Below, piece by piece: positions 18,501 through 31,605 of a stretch of DNA of 64,000 nucleotides; positions within the stretch are counted from its first letter, which is position 1, and every line of letters begins with the position of its first letter. The notes beneath the pieces were generated by a model. That model saw only the letters and a list, made by a program, of their open reading frames with translations, had not been told where the DNA came from and made no database searches. The position numbers and the translations under genes are program-made. Source of the DNA: Chlorokybus atmophyticus. Lineage: Eukaryota > Plantae > Mesostigma and Chlorokybus algae. The stretch spans positions 154,486-218,485 of the forward strand of contig RHPI01002955.1 in NCBI GenBank assembly GCA_009103225.1. Reading direction: 5' to 3'.

Positions 18501-21500
18501 AGAATAAAGTGTACACAACATACTTTGTCGTACACTGCATGTGCGCGTGCGCGCATGCGTGTGCACACGTACATGCAGCTGTAACACACACACACACGCT
18601 CACACCTGTTTTCTTTTCAGCACTGCTTGCAGCTGCGTCTTCACCTCCAATATATCCAGCGCCAGCGCCGCGACCCTCACCGCATGATCTTCTTGTTTAT
18701 CCGGTATCCCCGCTCCACACATATACACTTCCCCAACAGTTTCAATCTTGTACACGCCGTGCGCATCACATAAAGCATCAAACTCCGAGTACACGCCGTT
18801 GAGGAATGTGATCAATCTCTTTGCGGGAGTCGAAGCGACGATCTGAGCGAAGCCTTCTAATGCGACGAACATGATGGTGGAGTCGACGTACGTGTCGGCG
18901 ATTAAGGTGCGACCGCTTTGGAGAGCGCGGAGGGTCTTGCGGGGCAACATGGTCTCCAACAACACCTGGGAGGGGCNNNNNNNNNNNNNNNNNNNNNNNN
19001 NNNNNNNNNNNNNNNNNNNNNNNNNNNNNNNNNNNNNNNNNNNNNNNNNNNNNNNNNNNNNNNNNNNNNNNNNNNNNNNNNNNNNNNNNNNNNNNNNNNN
19101 NNNNNNNNNNNNNNNNNNNNNNNNNNNNNNNNNNNNNNNNNNNNNNNNNNNNNNNNNNNNNNNNNNNNNNNNNNNNNNNNNNNNNNNNNNNNNNNNNNNN
19201 NNNNNNNNNNNNNNNNNNNNNNNNNNNNNNNNNNNNNNNNNNNNNNNNNNNNNNNNNNNNNNNNNNNNNNNNNNNNNNNNNNNNNNNNNNNNNNNNNNNN
19301 NNNNNNNNNNNNNNNNNNNNNNNNNNNNNNNNNNNNNNNNNNNNNNNNNNNNNNNNNNNNNNNNNNNNNNNNNNNNNNNNNNNNNNNNNNNNNNNNNNNN
19401 NNNNNNNNNNNNNNNNNNNNNNNNNNNNNNNNNNNNNNNNNNNNNNNNNNNNNNNNNNNNNNNNNCCCCCCTCATACCTGCGCTCTATGCCTTTCCACCT
19501 TCACATCCTTCCCCAGCAGGTACCCCATCCTGTCCGCCCTCTCCCTCTTCCACGCCGCGAACAGATGCAACCCCAACGACGCGCTCATATACGCTAACGT
19601 TCTCGCTAGTCCCGTGCCGTCCGCGTGGGTGTGCGGTCTCGACGCACACGCCACGTACATGAGAAAAGTCATGAGACCGGCGACGGAGACAACGTAACGG
19701 GTCCAACTCAGACCCGTGAGGTGGTAAACGAAGTTGAGCACGATGATGAGAGTGATCTTCTGGTATTGGGTCGACCAGACGGGGCCGCCGACGGTCACGG
19801 TCCAACTGCGAGAACCGCATGTGTGTGTTGGAGGTGATGTCACTCGTGTACGGGTATGTGCGTGTGCGTGTGCGTGTGCGCGTGCGCGTGCGCGTGCGTG
19901 CATGCGTGCGTGGGTGTGTGACACACGCACACGCATATGCAAGCACACGCACATGCACACATACACACCCTTGCCCACGTGCGCACGCACCCACGCACAC
20001 ATACACCAAGTGTGTGCACATTCCGACACTCACCCGCTCATATACGTGACTCCGAGCAGTATCGTCAAGAACGGCGGCAGCCAGCTCCCATGCGTGGTGA
20101 GTACAAACGACCCCCTCACATGTCTACTCGCGCTCGCTCCCCAAACCATCACTACCAACAAAGCCGCCCCGACGTTGATCCCCCACCACGCCGCGGAGTG
20201 AGTTATGAGAGAGGAGTGGGAGGCGCCGTGGCAGAGGACGTTGAGGAGGAGGAGGACGAGGGTGGCGGGGAAGGTGCGGTGGACTCCCTGGGGGAAGAGG
20301 GTAGGAGGGTGGGTGCGTGTGTGCGCGCGTGCGCGCATGCGTGCAAACACATGCACGCACGCACAGATGCGAGTGGGCGCACGTGCATGTGCGCATACAT
20401 GCAAACCCATGCGCACACGCACACGCAGAATACGTGTCAATTGGCGCGCACTCGCGCACGCGCACGCGCACACACACACACACAACTCACCCTCAGCATC
20501 GACGGCCCCACCGTATGCCTATAATCCTTCTCCAGTTCCGGCGACACGAACGCCAGCGTCGCCCAATGCATCGTGGCGTTCCTCCTGCTCCTTATCGCTA
20601 ATATAAACACGTTCGCCAACACGATCATCGACACGCTCTTGTGCCACCTCTGTCTCACGCTGTTGCGTTCCCCGCCACCCGTGTGGTTGTGGTTGCTGTC
20701 CTTTGTCGTGCCGTCGTTGCCAGTGTACTTGCGAGCGAGCTTCTCGACGGAGGTGGACACGCGAGCCTGCTTGTGGGACGAACTGCTCGCACGGGAAGTG
20801 CGCTTGGTTTGCATGTGGGTGTGTGTCAACGTGTGTGCGGCGTGTGAGGGGGAGGTGGTATTGTTGTCGTGGGTGCGGTTGTGGGGTGTGTGGGTGGTGT
20901 TGTTGCCCGGGACGGTGTTGTTGAGTGTGTTTGGGTTTGTGGTGTGCGCGCTGTTATTGTTGTTAACGTTGTTGTTGGGGTGGGTGGTGGTGGTGTCGAT
21001 GTTGGTGGTGGTCATGTTGTTGCGGGTTGTTGCGTGGCTTCGGGTGCTCATAGCCGTAGCCATCATCCCGGACGACGTCATCGTCATATCAAGCATCATC
21101 TCAGGACTCGACAGCGGCGACTTCACCTACACAAGTGGATGTTAGGTCCCACCCTCCACCCCACCCCACCCACCCCACACTCACCGCCTGTCCCCACTCT
21201 TCCTTTGCCGCCATCTGCCACTCCCTCGCTACTCTCAGCCACCTCTCGTTGCCATTCACTTCCCCCTCTCTCTGCAGCTCAGCTATCACGCTCGCGTCCC
21301 CTCCGCCCAGAGAGAAGATGTCACCATGAATCAAAGACAGAGGCTTGATCATCAAGGGCTCGGATTGGCGACGGGAGGCGCGGGGATTGGTGGTGGAGGT
21401 GGAGGGGGGAGGGAGGATGGAGTGGCCACTTGAGAAAGACTGAGAGAGGGGTAAGTGAGTGACCTGCGTGTGCGTGTGCGTGTGCGTGTGCGTGTGCGTG

Positions 21501-22719
21501 TGCGTGTCTGTGTTCTTACTGGAGTGGCACGGCGGAGACCGAGTTGGCTGGCTCGTATACTTAGAAGGGCATTCCTGCGCAATGACAAGCGCATCTAGCA
21601 CTCTCTCTCTAACTGTCTCTAGACTCAATACACATAGCGGAACACGTGTGTCTTACGTTGGTGTGGAGGGGAAGCTGCAGCCTTCCAGAAGCCATTCCTC
21701 ATGAGGCTGATGCAAGCACACGACACTCATGAGTATTTGCACACGCACACGCTCATACAAGCACGCAGAAAGTGTGACAGAGTTACTCACGTGTAGGCCA
21801 CGCATGCGGGAGCTGTCCCGACGCCACTTTGAGGGGGACCCGCTCTCGTCCCCACCCTCGTGGTCTCCCACTCGACTACGCGCACGACTTGGCATCAGCG
21901 CGCGCACGCACGTGTCATTACACCCACACCCACACCCACCCACCCACCCACAACTCACTTTGGCACAGACTCAGAACTACTCCTTCCCCGTCGCAGCCTC
22001 GCCTGCTCCTTCACCTCACTGCTCTGCTGTTTCTGTACCAACGCTTGTTGCTGCAGTTGCGGCGTGTCGACGCCGAGCATCACCGAACCCGACGACGCCG
22101 TACGGGCAGGGATCGTCACGTGGATGGAGCCGTTGTCGGACTCGGAACTGTTGTCGCGTGGAACCTGGGGTGAGAAGTGTGTGTGTGTGTGTGCACGCGT
22201 GTGTGTGTACGCAATTACGCATGTGAGTGTGTCTGTGTGCGTGCGTGCTTGCGTGTGTGTACACAAATACGCTGCACGACCACATGCGCTCGTACACTCG
22301 TCGTGCATGCGCATGTGCGCGTGTGCGTGTGTGCGTGTGTATGATAAATCCCTGGCTAACCTAGGCAAGAAATGGGAAACAAGGCGCTTACCACTATGCG
22401 CAGTTGTGGTGAGGGCGGCGTTGTTGTCGTTGTTGTCATCGTTGTCGGGTCGGGATGCACAGCATTGGGTCGCCAGCGGCGTTTGGTCGTGAGCGACGAA
22501 GACGGCGATGGTGTTGTTGTTGTTGTTGTTGTTGTTGCCGGCATCGTTGGTGATGATGTGCTCGGGTTGCCGCTGTCGTTCTGCCTCGCGGGCCGCAGCA
22601 AGCCCTGGTGTTGCGGGAAGGATGTTCTGTTGGTATGTTGTTTTAACGCACATGTTGGTAGGGCAAGTGCGAACGAGTTTGAAGGTACCTCGTCTTGGTC
22701 GGATGGCATTGCGGCACAT
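15600..22719 (-). CDS. 12-TM class III nucleotide cyclase with two catalytic domains (TM6-C1-TM6-C2), predicted guanylyl cyclase; 3'-partial
   Basis: Exons include 21126-20491, 20287-20034, 19805-19478, 18965-18645, 18453-18314, 18223-18169, 17985-17383, 17122-16868, 16600-16028 and 15788-15600. C1: [10 protein letters not shown]...[12 protein letters not shown]...[16 protein letters not shown]...[14 protein letters not shown]...[13 protein letters not shown]2 start: [10 protein letters not shown]...LNRLFTDFD...VYK. Each TM cassette is preceded by a L-x-F-x3-ELE-x2-Y motif. The start codon is uncertain. Confidence 0.88.
18977..19465. other. Assembly gap (489 N) inside a cyclase intron
   Basis: N run; the flanking exons (…RAQ | VLLETMLP) join in phase 0. 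Confidence 0.95.
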
Positions 22720-23619
22720 CAATGGTTGAAATCAGACAGCATTATGGCGCCGAAAGAGCGTCATTGGGCAGAGAGGCTGGCGAGCGTGCTTGGCTGCTGT
22801 GGGACATTACACAAACAGCTTCAGATGCACACAAACGTGCGCGCGCGCTCAACATAGCAGGACTTGATGTTGCTCTAGCAGCTTGAACTACCAGTGTACT
22901 TCTATGATTTGTTGCAAGCGTACTGTGATGTATACAGCATGTGCACGTCAAGCACACACTCACAGACATGCACACCCACGCACTTCTGCACGCACAATAC
23001 ACGTGCGCAGGCACGAAGACCGGCACGCGCAAGCACACACTTTTTTCAGGACGAGGGAACACACTGTTTTCAGAACAAAAGGGGAGACACTCGACTACGA
23101 GCTTGCACACACGCGCGCACACACAAATAACACTGCTGGAGGGGGGGCTTGCGCGCGCGCGCGCGTGTGTGTGTGTGCACGTGTGCGCATTGTGTTGTGA
23201 AACTGAAGTAGCAAAGGAGAAGGGGGAAGGGGGGAGGGGGGGCAACCTGGGGGATACAAACCGGAATGCTTTCTGCAGTGGTCTACTGTTGATGTTTTGA
23301 GTTGAACTTCAATGGCGATGGCAACTCGTTACTGCCACAACAAAAGTGTGCACCGGTTATAAACGTGACCGAAACGTTTACAGCTCAGTACTTGACACGG
23401 TTGCTTGCATCACGCACAGTCAATAGCTTCAACCGAGTGCTGGCCCAACTAGTTGACCATCACATAAGTATTTCAACTCCGCACTACTGTTGAACACACA
23501 CACACACACACACACACCCCTACGATCTTGCGAGTTACAGAGAATAGTCCACCAAGTCCAGCCTTAGGTGATCAGAAATAAAGGTCCGCACACAACCCAA
23601 CACAAGCACAACCTACCTG

Positions 23620-23705
23620 TAACCAGGCCAGGCCACTCCAAACCAGGCCAGGCGACTCCAGGCCAGGCCAGGCCAGGCCTGGTCAGGCCTGGTCAGGCCA
23701 GAGCC
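23620..23705 (+). repeat. Degenerate (CCAGG)n pentamer repeat
   Basis: ccaggccaggcc...ccaggccaggccaggcctggtcaggcctggtcaggcc. Confidence 0.7.
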
Positions 23706-26416
23706 ACCCGTCTCAACACGTCGTGTCCGTCATCTGTCCCGCCACCTGAGAATCTCCCGCCCGCCCCACCTGTCCCTACCTGAGAGGCCTACTTGGCCTA
23801 CTGAAGCGTCAAGCGCGGTGAACACTAGCGGCTTGTTGTGTGTGCGTATTATCATCCACAACAAATTGGTTCAATTTGAAATACAGAGTGCAGTCAGTGT
23901 TGACAGCTTGACAACGTCATATAAGCAAGAATAACAATAAAGGGAGGCGAATCTGAGGTACGCGCCCCAGAATCACCTGTAATTTATCGGCAACAAGCTC
24001 GTACAAAACATGTATGACTCAAGTTACTAAGTGTAACGGCAGTAGTAGCGGTACCAGGCGTCGTACGGCAACCTGTTGCTGGTCGCAACTTGAGGCAATC
24101 AACGAGGAGACCTCATGTACGGTGCGCCTGTTATAGCGCATGTCGCCGTGCTTTGCAGAGTACGTGCGCATTTCGTACATGCTTTGAGGCCCAACAGGCC
24201 GGAGCTACTAGCGCTTAAAGTGGTTAGCGTACAATGTCGCGTACTTCACCGTGACACCGTACTGCAAACGTTGAAACTGCTACAAGATGATTGATAATTG
24301 CTGGTGCATTGGGCGTTGGGTTCAAGAATGTGAGGATAGCATAGCATGGTCAATCATCTCGATATTGTACCCAGTCACTTTGACCGTGACCCATTGTCAC
24401 ACATGAACCACAAGCCACGGATCGTATTGGGTCCCGATTCATTTGTGTCTTGGGTCCAATACCTATGGGGTCCGATACCACTTGAGTAAACGGCCTATGA
24501 GTCATAGGCTATGATGTTGTCGGTGCTGTCTGACCACAGGTAACTTGGTTGCTTTCAATGTCGGCACCATTTGATAAGAATACCAGGGTATGAACCCTGA
24601 CATGAGAATAATGACATGACAGGTGATGAACCCTGTGCTGTGGTACCTGCCGATCATAACGACATGATTCGTCCCAGTAGCGACTCGCTATTCGTACTAA
24701 AGGGTGTCTTGTGGTGGGTCGGGGACGGCACGGTTCAGTTAGGCCGTGTGTGTGTGACAGTGTGTCTCACGGTTGTGAGGAGGTTTGCCGTTGCTGATGT
24801 TGAGCGAGTGACTGGCAACACTGACAAAACTTGGCGGCAAAGCAGCTTGCTGCATGCCTGGACCGATTGGCTAGAAATAGCACTGGCAATAATCATTCGG
24901 TTTGAGGTTTTGTCAATTTTGCAACGTTACGATGGGATGCAGCGTAGTGACTTGTATAATTGATATATGAATGACTTGCGAAGTTCATAAACAATGTCAT
25001 GTTGCGTCAACAACATGGGTGTGATCCTTTCCTACATACAGAAATTGAACACTCGATGCTTATAAGGTACACGATGAAACAAATAAAGATAACGCAACAG
25101 TTACGCATATGTAAATATATAGCGGAGTGATTATGACGATGATCACCCTATATGTCAACCGACCTGACGGTCGATGGATAGACAACTTTTCTCGCAGCAT
25201 GAATTTTATTCAAGCAGTTTTCAGTGAGGAAACGAGGGGAAACACTTTACAAGCATAGTGATGGCATCATTACAGAGCGAAATTCTAACCAGCATATCAT
25301 CATTTTATTTTCTACCTCGCCGTTTTTCCAAGCCCCAACCTTCACGTTTATACCATGTCTAGAACCTCATATATCTCCAATATGGCTTTTAGTCTTCATG
25401 TGTCATGTGTACAGAAGATCTGCGATATATGGGGCATGCATATGGTATGGTGCGATATGTGCATGGTGCAGTGCAAGTGCAATTAGCAGTCATGTGCAGT
25501 CAGTCAGTCAGTCAGTCTATGCACTCACTTATACAAATCACCAAGCTAATCTCTCTCTTGTCTAGCACACTACCCGCTAAGCTGATACGAGTGCCTATAT
25601 GTCAGTCAGTCATGCATACATAAAGGCGTAGTTTTACCTGCCACAATGTGGCATGTACTTACACATGTAATGATGATGTGTATACAAAGGTTCATGCTGC
25701 TGTGTCATAGTTTAATGTATGCACACTCCAAAAAAAGAGGGGCTATGATAGGCCCCCCCTCCCCCCCCCTTTCCACGGCTACACGCGGGGGATTACAACA
25801 CATCAACACAATGTACAACATCTTGCAAATGAGGTGTCTATACAACCATTGGTGCGTAAGAAGGCAAGCCCACATCGTTGGCAATACCATCTAAGCCTGG
25901 CTGATTGTCTTAACATGTGCAACTGCCATGGCCATGTGACAATGTAAATGATGTGTCCATTGCGAGCCTAATAATACAGCCAAGTAGCTAAATCAGAAGG
26001 CTCAGGTTGACATTTACCTGCGCCAATACTTGCACTGCCAATGCTGCAATCAATCCAATGCAGCTGACTGACGGCACTGATGTTGTGTGCTCCACGCACT
26101 GCAAGAGCAAAAGCCTCAAAGACCCCACGCAACAGGGCATACCAACAATCAGCATCTCAGAAGCTGTGACCGTCAACAGCCAGCTCCTCTGGGCGACCTT
26201 GTGTGGTGTAACGAGGAAGGCTTGTTGCTGGGTAGCCCACCAGGCTAGCAGCAGCATCTGAATGATCTTGCTACAAGGTGCTGATCACAAACAAAGCACC
26301 TTCCCAACCATGGTGAACCCTCCAGGTTGTGTTTGTCTAACAATCAACCAGCTGCTCGCAACGGGTGATTGAAGCAACACAACTGCATACTGCTCCGCCT
26401 GGTGCTGGTGGTGGTG

Positions 26417-29400
26417 TCAGCTGCCTGACTTCACAAAGTGAGCGCTAAGATGTTTTGCAAGTTGAAACGCGGATGTCTTCTCAACACCGAGAAGTCCAAC
26501 TAGCCGATTGTCGCACAAGATGATGCGCCCGTCACTGGGGTCTTGTAGACCGTTTGACTTGATGTACGCCCAGATCCGTTTGACCGCCTCGGGTCGTGAA
26601 ACTTCCGAAATCTGGAAAGAGTACACTTGCTCAACAACTGAAATGTGCCATGATAATGCAACATGCATATGTTGACGTGCAAACAACCAATCGGCCTACA
26701 GATTTACCTGTAGAAACTCAGCTAGCTCAGGGGATATGCGCACAGGTTTCTGGAAGCCAGAAAGCTTTGCTGGCTTGTCTGCCGCATCTACGGCTGTTTT
26801 CTTGCTGCTGCGCTTTGGTTTGGTGACAGTAGCAGCCTTCTCCTCGTTATTGGTCTGTGTCTTAGCAGTAACTGTCTCTTGAGTACTCTCTGTATCAACG
26901 CTGACTGCAACCTTGCTCGCTCTTCTGGCCTTGGCTGGAGACCTCTCCTTGGGTTCCTTGCCACTGGCGGCCTGCTTTTCCGCTTTCTTGGCCAACAAGT
27001 CCAAAGCATCTTGGAGTGTCAATTCAGCTGGTGACATAGCCTGCAGCATAGGCACGTATAAAAAGGCTGATACTGCAGGTACTGACCATAACCGGCTGGC
27101 TGCGCAAGAAAATTGTACCTTGGGGATGGATGCGTTGAGCTTGTTCCACCGCACATAAGGGCCGAACTTCCCTGTTGAGATGGAGACAGGTTCGTTGTCT
27201 TCGGGATGGTTACCAAGTGTACGTTTGGTACTCAATAATGCCAAGGCAGAGTCCAGAGTAATGTCAGTTGGGGAGCAGCCTTTGGGAAGACTGATTTGTA
27301 TGGGCTTTGCCTGGGGATCAGCATCTGGCATAGTCGCCTGCACGTAGTGGCCGAATGGACCAGCCTTGAGCACAACCTGATTGCAAAACCACATCAATGT
27401 CAATACGTTATGGGCCCCGATACACCAAGCAGCGTTGTGAAGCATGGCTGTATCGTACCTCTGCACCAGTTTTGGGGTCATTTCCGAGAGCAAGGCCTTC
27501 ACTAGAGAGCGCAACCTCATCGCTAAGATGTTGCTCGAAGGAGGTAGCGTACTTGCAGTCAGGGTACTGAGTGCAAGCTATGAAACAGTTGCTAGCGCCG
27601 ATCTTTATTGACAGTTGGCCCTGTAGAAATTATCCAACAATTGTCCATAACCGCTCAGACCATGACTGCGGTCAACAGAAGGCAAGGCATTACACAACGT
27701 TGCACTCACAGTGCTGCAGCGTGGACATTGCCTGCTCTCTGCATCTGGAAACAGCTGTGTTGCCATCTCGTCATTCAGAACGTCCAAAACCTGTTCAAGA
27801 CAGCTTTCATGTGTTGAGCAGGGGTGGTGCAACAGAGACTTCATAATCAGGAGCTAATGCTTGCATAGGAGTGCAACATGGACGGCATGCTTGTACCTCT
27901 CGTATCTTCAAACCTTCTGTGCCGGCAATCGCCTGCTGCAGCGTGCTCCAGAACCTGCGAAGGATATCTTGCCGCAGCTTCTCGCCGCATGACACGCTGT
28001 CGAGGCTGTTCTCGAGCTCAGCAGTGAAGCTGAAGTCCACTACTTGCGGGAAGTACCTCGTCAGGAATGCTGACAACTGTGCACAAGCAAGTAGTTGTTG
28101 GTCACTGGATATGCATACATGCAGAAGGACACAGTGGAAGCTACTTATCAAGAGCATCAAGCGTACAATGCGGCCGCGGCTTTCTGGGATCAAGGTGCGC
28201 TTCTCTTTTCTGATGTAAGACCGATCAAGCAGCACTTGCATGATTGGTGCATATGTTGATGGGCGACCGATCCCCATCTCCTCCAATTGCTTCACAAGTG
28301 TACCCTCAGTATACCTGCAGGATGACCAGCTATAAACTTTGTTGTGTGAGTTGTGTGCTTATGTCCTACTCCCACACAACACAACATCGCATGGACTAGT
28401 ATATTACTCACCTTGGGGGTGGTTCTGTGAAATGCTGAACAGGAGTGACTTCATTTGCACGAGACAAAAGATCACCTTCCTCCAGCACAGGCATGGTGCG
28501 ACTTTCTTCAAGCCCCGATTCGCTGTCATCATCCTGCTCTTCTTCTTGACTGGCTATGGATGGTCGACGCACGGCCAGAAACCCATCAAACATGATCGTG
28601 GAGCCAGTCGCGCGGAACTTCAACTGCTCTGAGGGTGCAGCTTCGGATGCAATGTCAATGGCTACCTGGCATGCATCAATGAAGTCAAACAAACTGATGA
28701 CCGCTGACGATGCAGATTGCGGTGGACTACATAATCATCAAACCTGGTTTGAAATGGCGCTGGACATCTGGCATGCTACAGTGCGTTTCCATATGAGAGC
28801 GTACAGCCTCAGCTGATCTGGTTCCAGGTAGGGCTGAACGTCTGCAGGCGACCTGAAGACATCAGTCGGCCGAATAGCCTCATGTGCCTCTTGAGCATTC
28901 ACCGACTTGTTCTTGTATACAGCTGGAGACTCTGGCAGATACTCATCTCCAAACCTGTGTATGCAGGGTTTCAGACATGATGCACACTGAATGCAGGTTG
29001 AGCTCCACTCCTCACTCGAGACCATACTTGCTATATACGTATTCACGTATGCGTCCTGTTGCCTCCGCTGAGAGGAACGTGCCATCTGTGCGCATGTAGG
29101 AGATGAGCCCTTGTTCTGTCCCAGTACCCAATTTTATGCCTTCGTAGAGTTTCTGAGCAACGCGCATTGTGCGCTCAGCTGTGAAGCCCAGCTGCAGCGA
29201 TGCCTGCTGCTGCAATGTTGAGGTGGTGAACGGCGCGGGAGCATTGCGCCTGACCTACAAAGCAGGTGTTGAACACAAACGCCCCCAAACACCAAATCCA
29301 CATTATCACAAGTGGCTTAGCGGAAGGTGTACATAGCTGCATGTGCACATACCTGCTTTCTCTTTACGCTGTTGACATAGAACTTGGACCCTCTGGCAGC

Positions 29401-31605
29401 TGAGGCGGCTTGCTGGGCGGAAGCCTCATCTGACAAAGAGAATTTGCTGAGCGCTTTGCCTCCATACTGAGTCAATTGTGCGGTAAACTGCTGGCCATCT
29501 GGTGATGAGAATGCTGCTTGCACTGTCCAGTACTCCTGCATGACAAATAAGCAGTGGGCTTGTGTGTAGTAACATAGGACCCTTCAAAGCCAAGTTTGTA
29601 CCTGTTCCTTGAAGGCCTCGCGCTCAGCCTCGCGTTCACATAAGAGCCGTAACGCAACAGACTGAACCCGACCAGCTGACTTACTGCGCAACTAAGACAT
29701 CCAACATTAGTACTCCTAGGCGGCCATACCTTCTTGATCACCACAACAGCCCACGCACCATCCGGGCAGTTTTCTCCACAGCACAGGAGATATGTGGAAA
29801 CCCATGAGATAGTCAAGGCTTCGACGACAAAGGTAAGCCTCCACCAGAGCAAGATCCAACTTGCGTGGTGATGCAATGGCGTCTTTGATAGCTTTAGGTG
29901 TCACCTGCACAGACATGCTTGATGACATAGCTGCCAAAACAGCTACCTGTAGTATGACACGCAATCAATGCTATTTGTACATGCATGCCTGCTCGCATGT
30001 AAGTGCTTGGCATATGATATGAGGCACGCATGCATGCAATCATGTGGACATGTTACAATATATGCCCGCGCACGCACGCATACGCTTGCACATGTGTGTG
30101 CATGTCTGTCCAAAATCGACCAGATTGTTGAACTGCTGAAGAATAAGCAAATGATTCGTAAGTGCTTACCTCTGTGAAGGTAGCTCGCTCTACGGCAATG
30201 TTGCTTGGCAGCGAGCGATCTGCTTGCAGAAGGTCCAGAACGTGCCACGCAATGGCCTCTCCTTCCCTATCTGGATCGGTGGCCAGGATGAGCCTCTGCG
30301 CATCTGCAAGCGCCGACCGTATTGCCGACAACCTCGTCTCGCCTTTTGATGACATTTGCCAGACCATCTCAAAATCTGCCTCCGGCTTGACTGACCCCTC
30401 TTTGGGCAGCAGGTCCCTAACATGACCGTAGCTCGCCAATACCTGTGGTGCACCCCATTGAGAGGTCATCTTATATGCATAACATCATGCACAAAACAAA
30501 CTGTAACATGCCTTATAACCTGGCCCAAGGTACTTCTCTATGGTCTTTGCCTTGGCTGGGGATTCGACCACCACCACGTTGCTTGCGTATGTCTTCAAGC
30601 CCGCCGCAGACCATGCAGATTGTAATGACCGTACGCTTGGTCTCCATCTTGGAGTTGCATGAACCGACGTGCCTAAGAACTCGCTCGTGCGGGACGACTG
30701 GCGACTGGAAAGATGTGATGTTGCTAACCTAAACTGCGGTAGAGTCCACAGCACCTGACCACAGCGAGAGGAGGCAGGTTGGGAGGGGTGTCATAGCAAA
30801 GGTAACACAATTGTAGTAATATAATCTACCAGAGCTCAATACGTGGTCCTGCACTCCCGCGTACAGTTTCAACATGCTTGGTAATCAGTAGATTTAGCTG
30901 TTGTGGACCACTGCATTAGTTGCATCCACCTCCTGAACCATGTGCATGCCACCGTGTGCAGCGACAGTCATGCACCATAGCAGGCATTCGAAAACATTGC
31001 AGCAGTATACAGTGACGTTGCCTGTGGCAGCATGAGGTTTGAAACTCGTGAGCAAGGTCTGTAGATTGTAAAAGCTCAACACTCATTGGTTTTACTTGCC
31101 ATAGCTACCTGCAGCATACATGGATGTTGAAGCCAATGTTGAGTCAATGCGATGCAGTCTTGCAATAGTTCAGCCTTCAAGCACGAATCCGTGGTTATAC
31201 ACCGTGTGCACATAATAGTGTGTCACTCACAACAAGACAAGGTGTTCCTTGTTGTGCAATCAATATGTTGTTCACAAGCCAATTGCAACTCAGGTGAAGC
31301 AAGGCGTTGTGTATTCCTTGTCGCTTTTAGGCAAGCAGCACGCGCACACACACAAGGTTTACTTGCGAACGCATTGCACGTGAGTCAGCTTGCACTGCCT
31401 CGCCTGGCATTTTGCAGGGTTTTCGGTGGTAACCAATACAAAGCAACGCTACCTGTGGTGTGCCGCCCTTGTAGCACAGCGCCCGCAAAGCTGTCGTCGC
31501 TCGGCGGACGGCAGAGGAAGAGCAGCCTGCTGCGCCACCCATCCCAGCCGCCATCGTCCTTGAGGCTGGCCAGGCATCTGCACTTAAAGCGGCGCTTGCA
31601 ACCAT
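26417..31605 (-). CDS. topA: Organelle-targeted bacterial-type DNA topoisomerase IA with Toprim C-terminal repeats and a C-terminal SWIB/MDM2 domain
   Basis: Motifs VVVESPAKAKTI, LASYGHVRDL, ILATDPDREGEAIAWH, TMRVAQKLYEG, GLISYMRTDG (catalytic Tyr), QEAHEAIRPT, GIGRPSTYAPI and LGNHP...GKFGPYV. The final exons give KPVRISPELAEFL/VSRPEAVKRIWAYIKSNGLQDP...IILCD (SWIB). Putative transit-peptide exon 31605-31453 joins 30754 in phase 0. Confidence 0.9.

Noticed and set aside
18600-19697. ORFs spanning the N gap
   Set aside because: Open only because of Ns; the real exons are part of the cyclase model.
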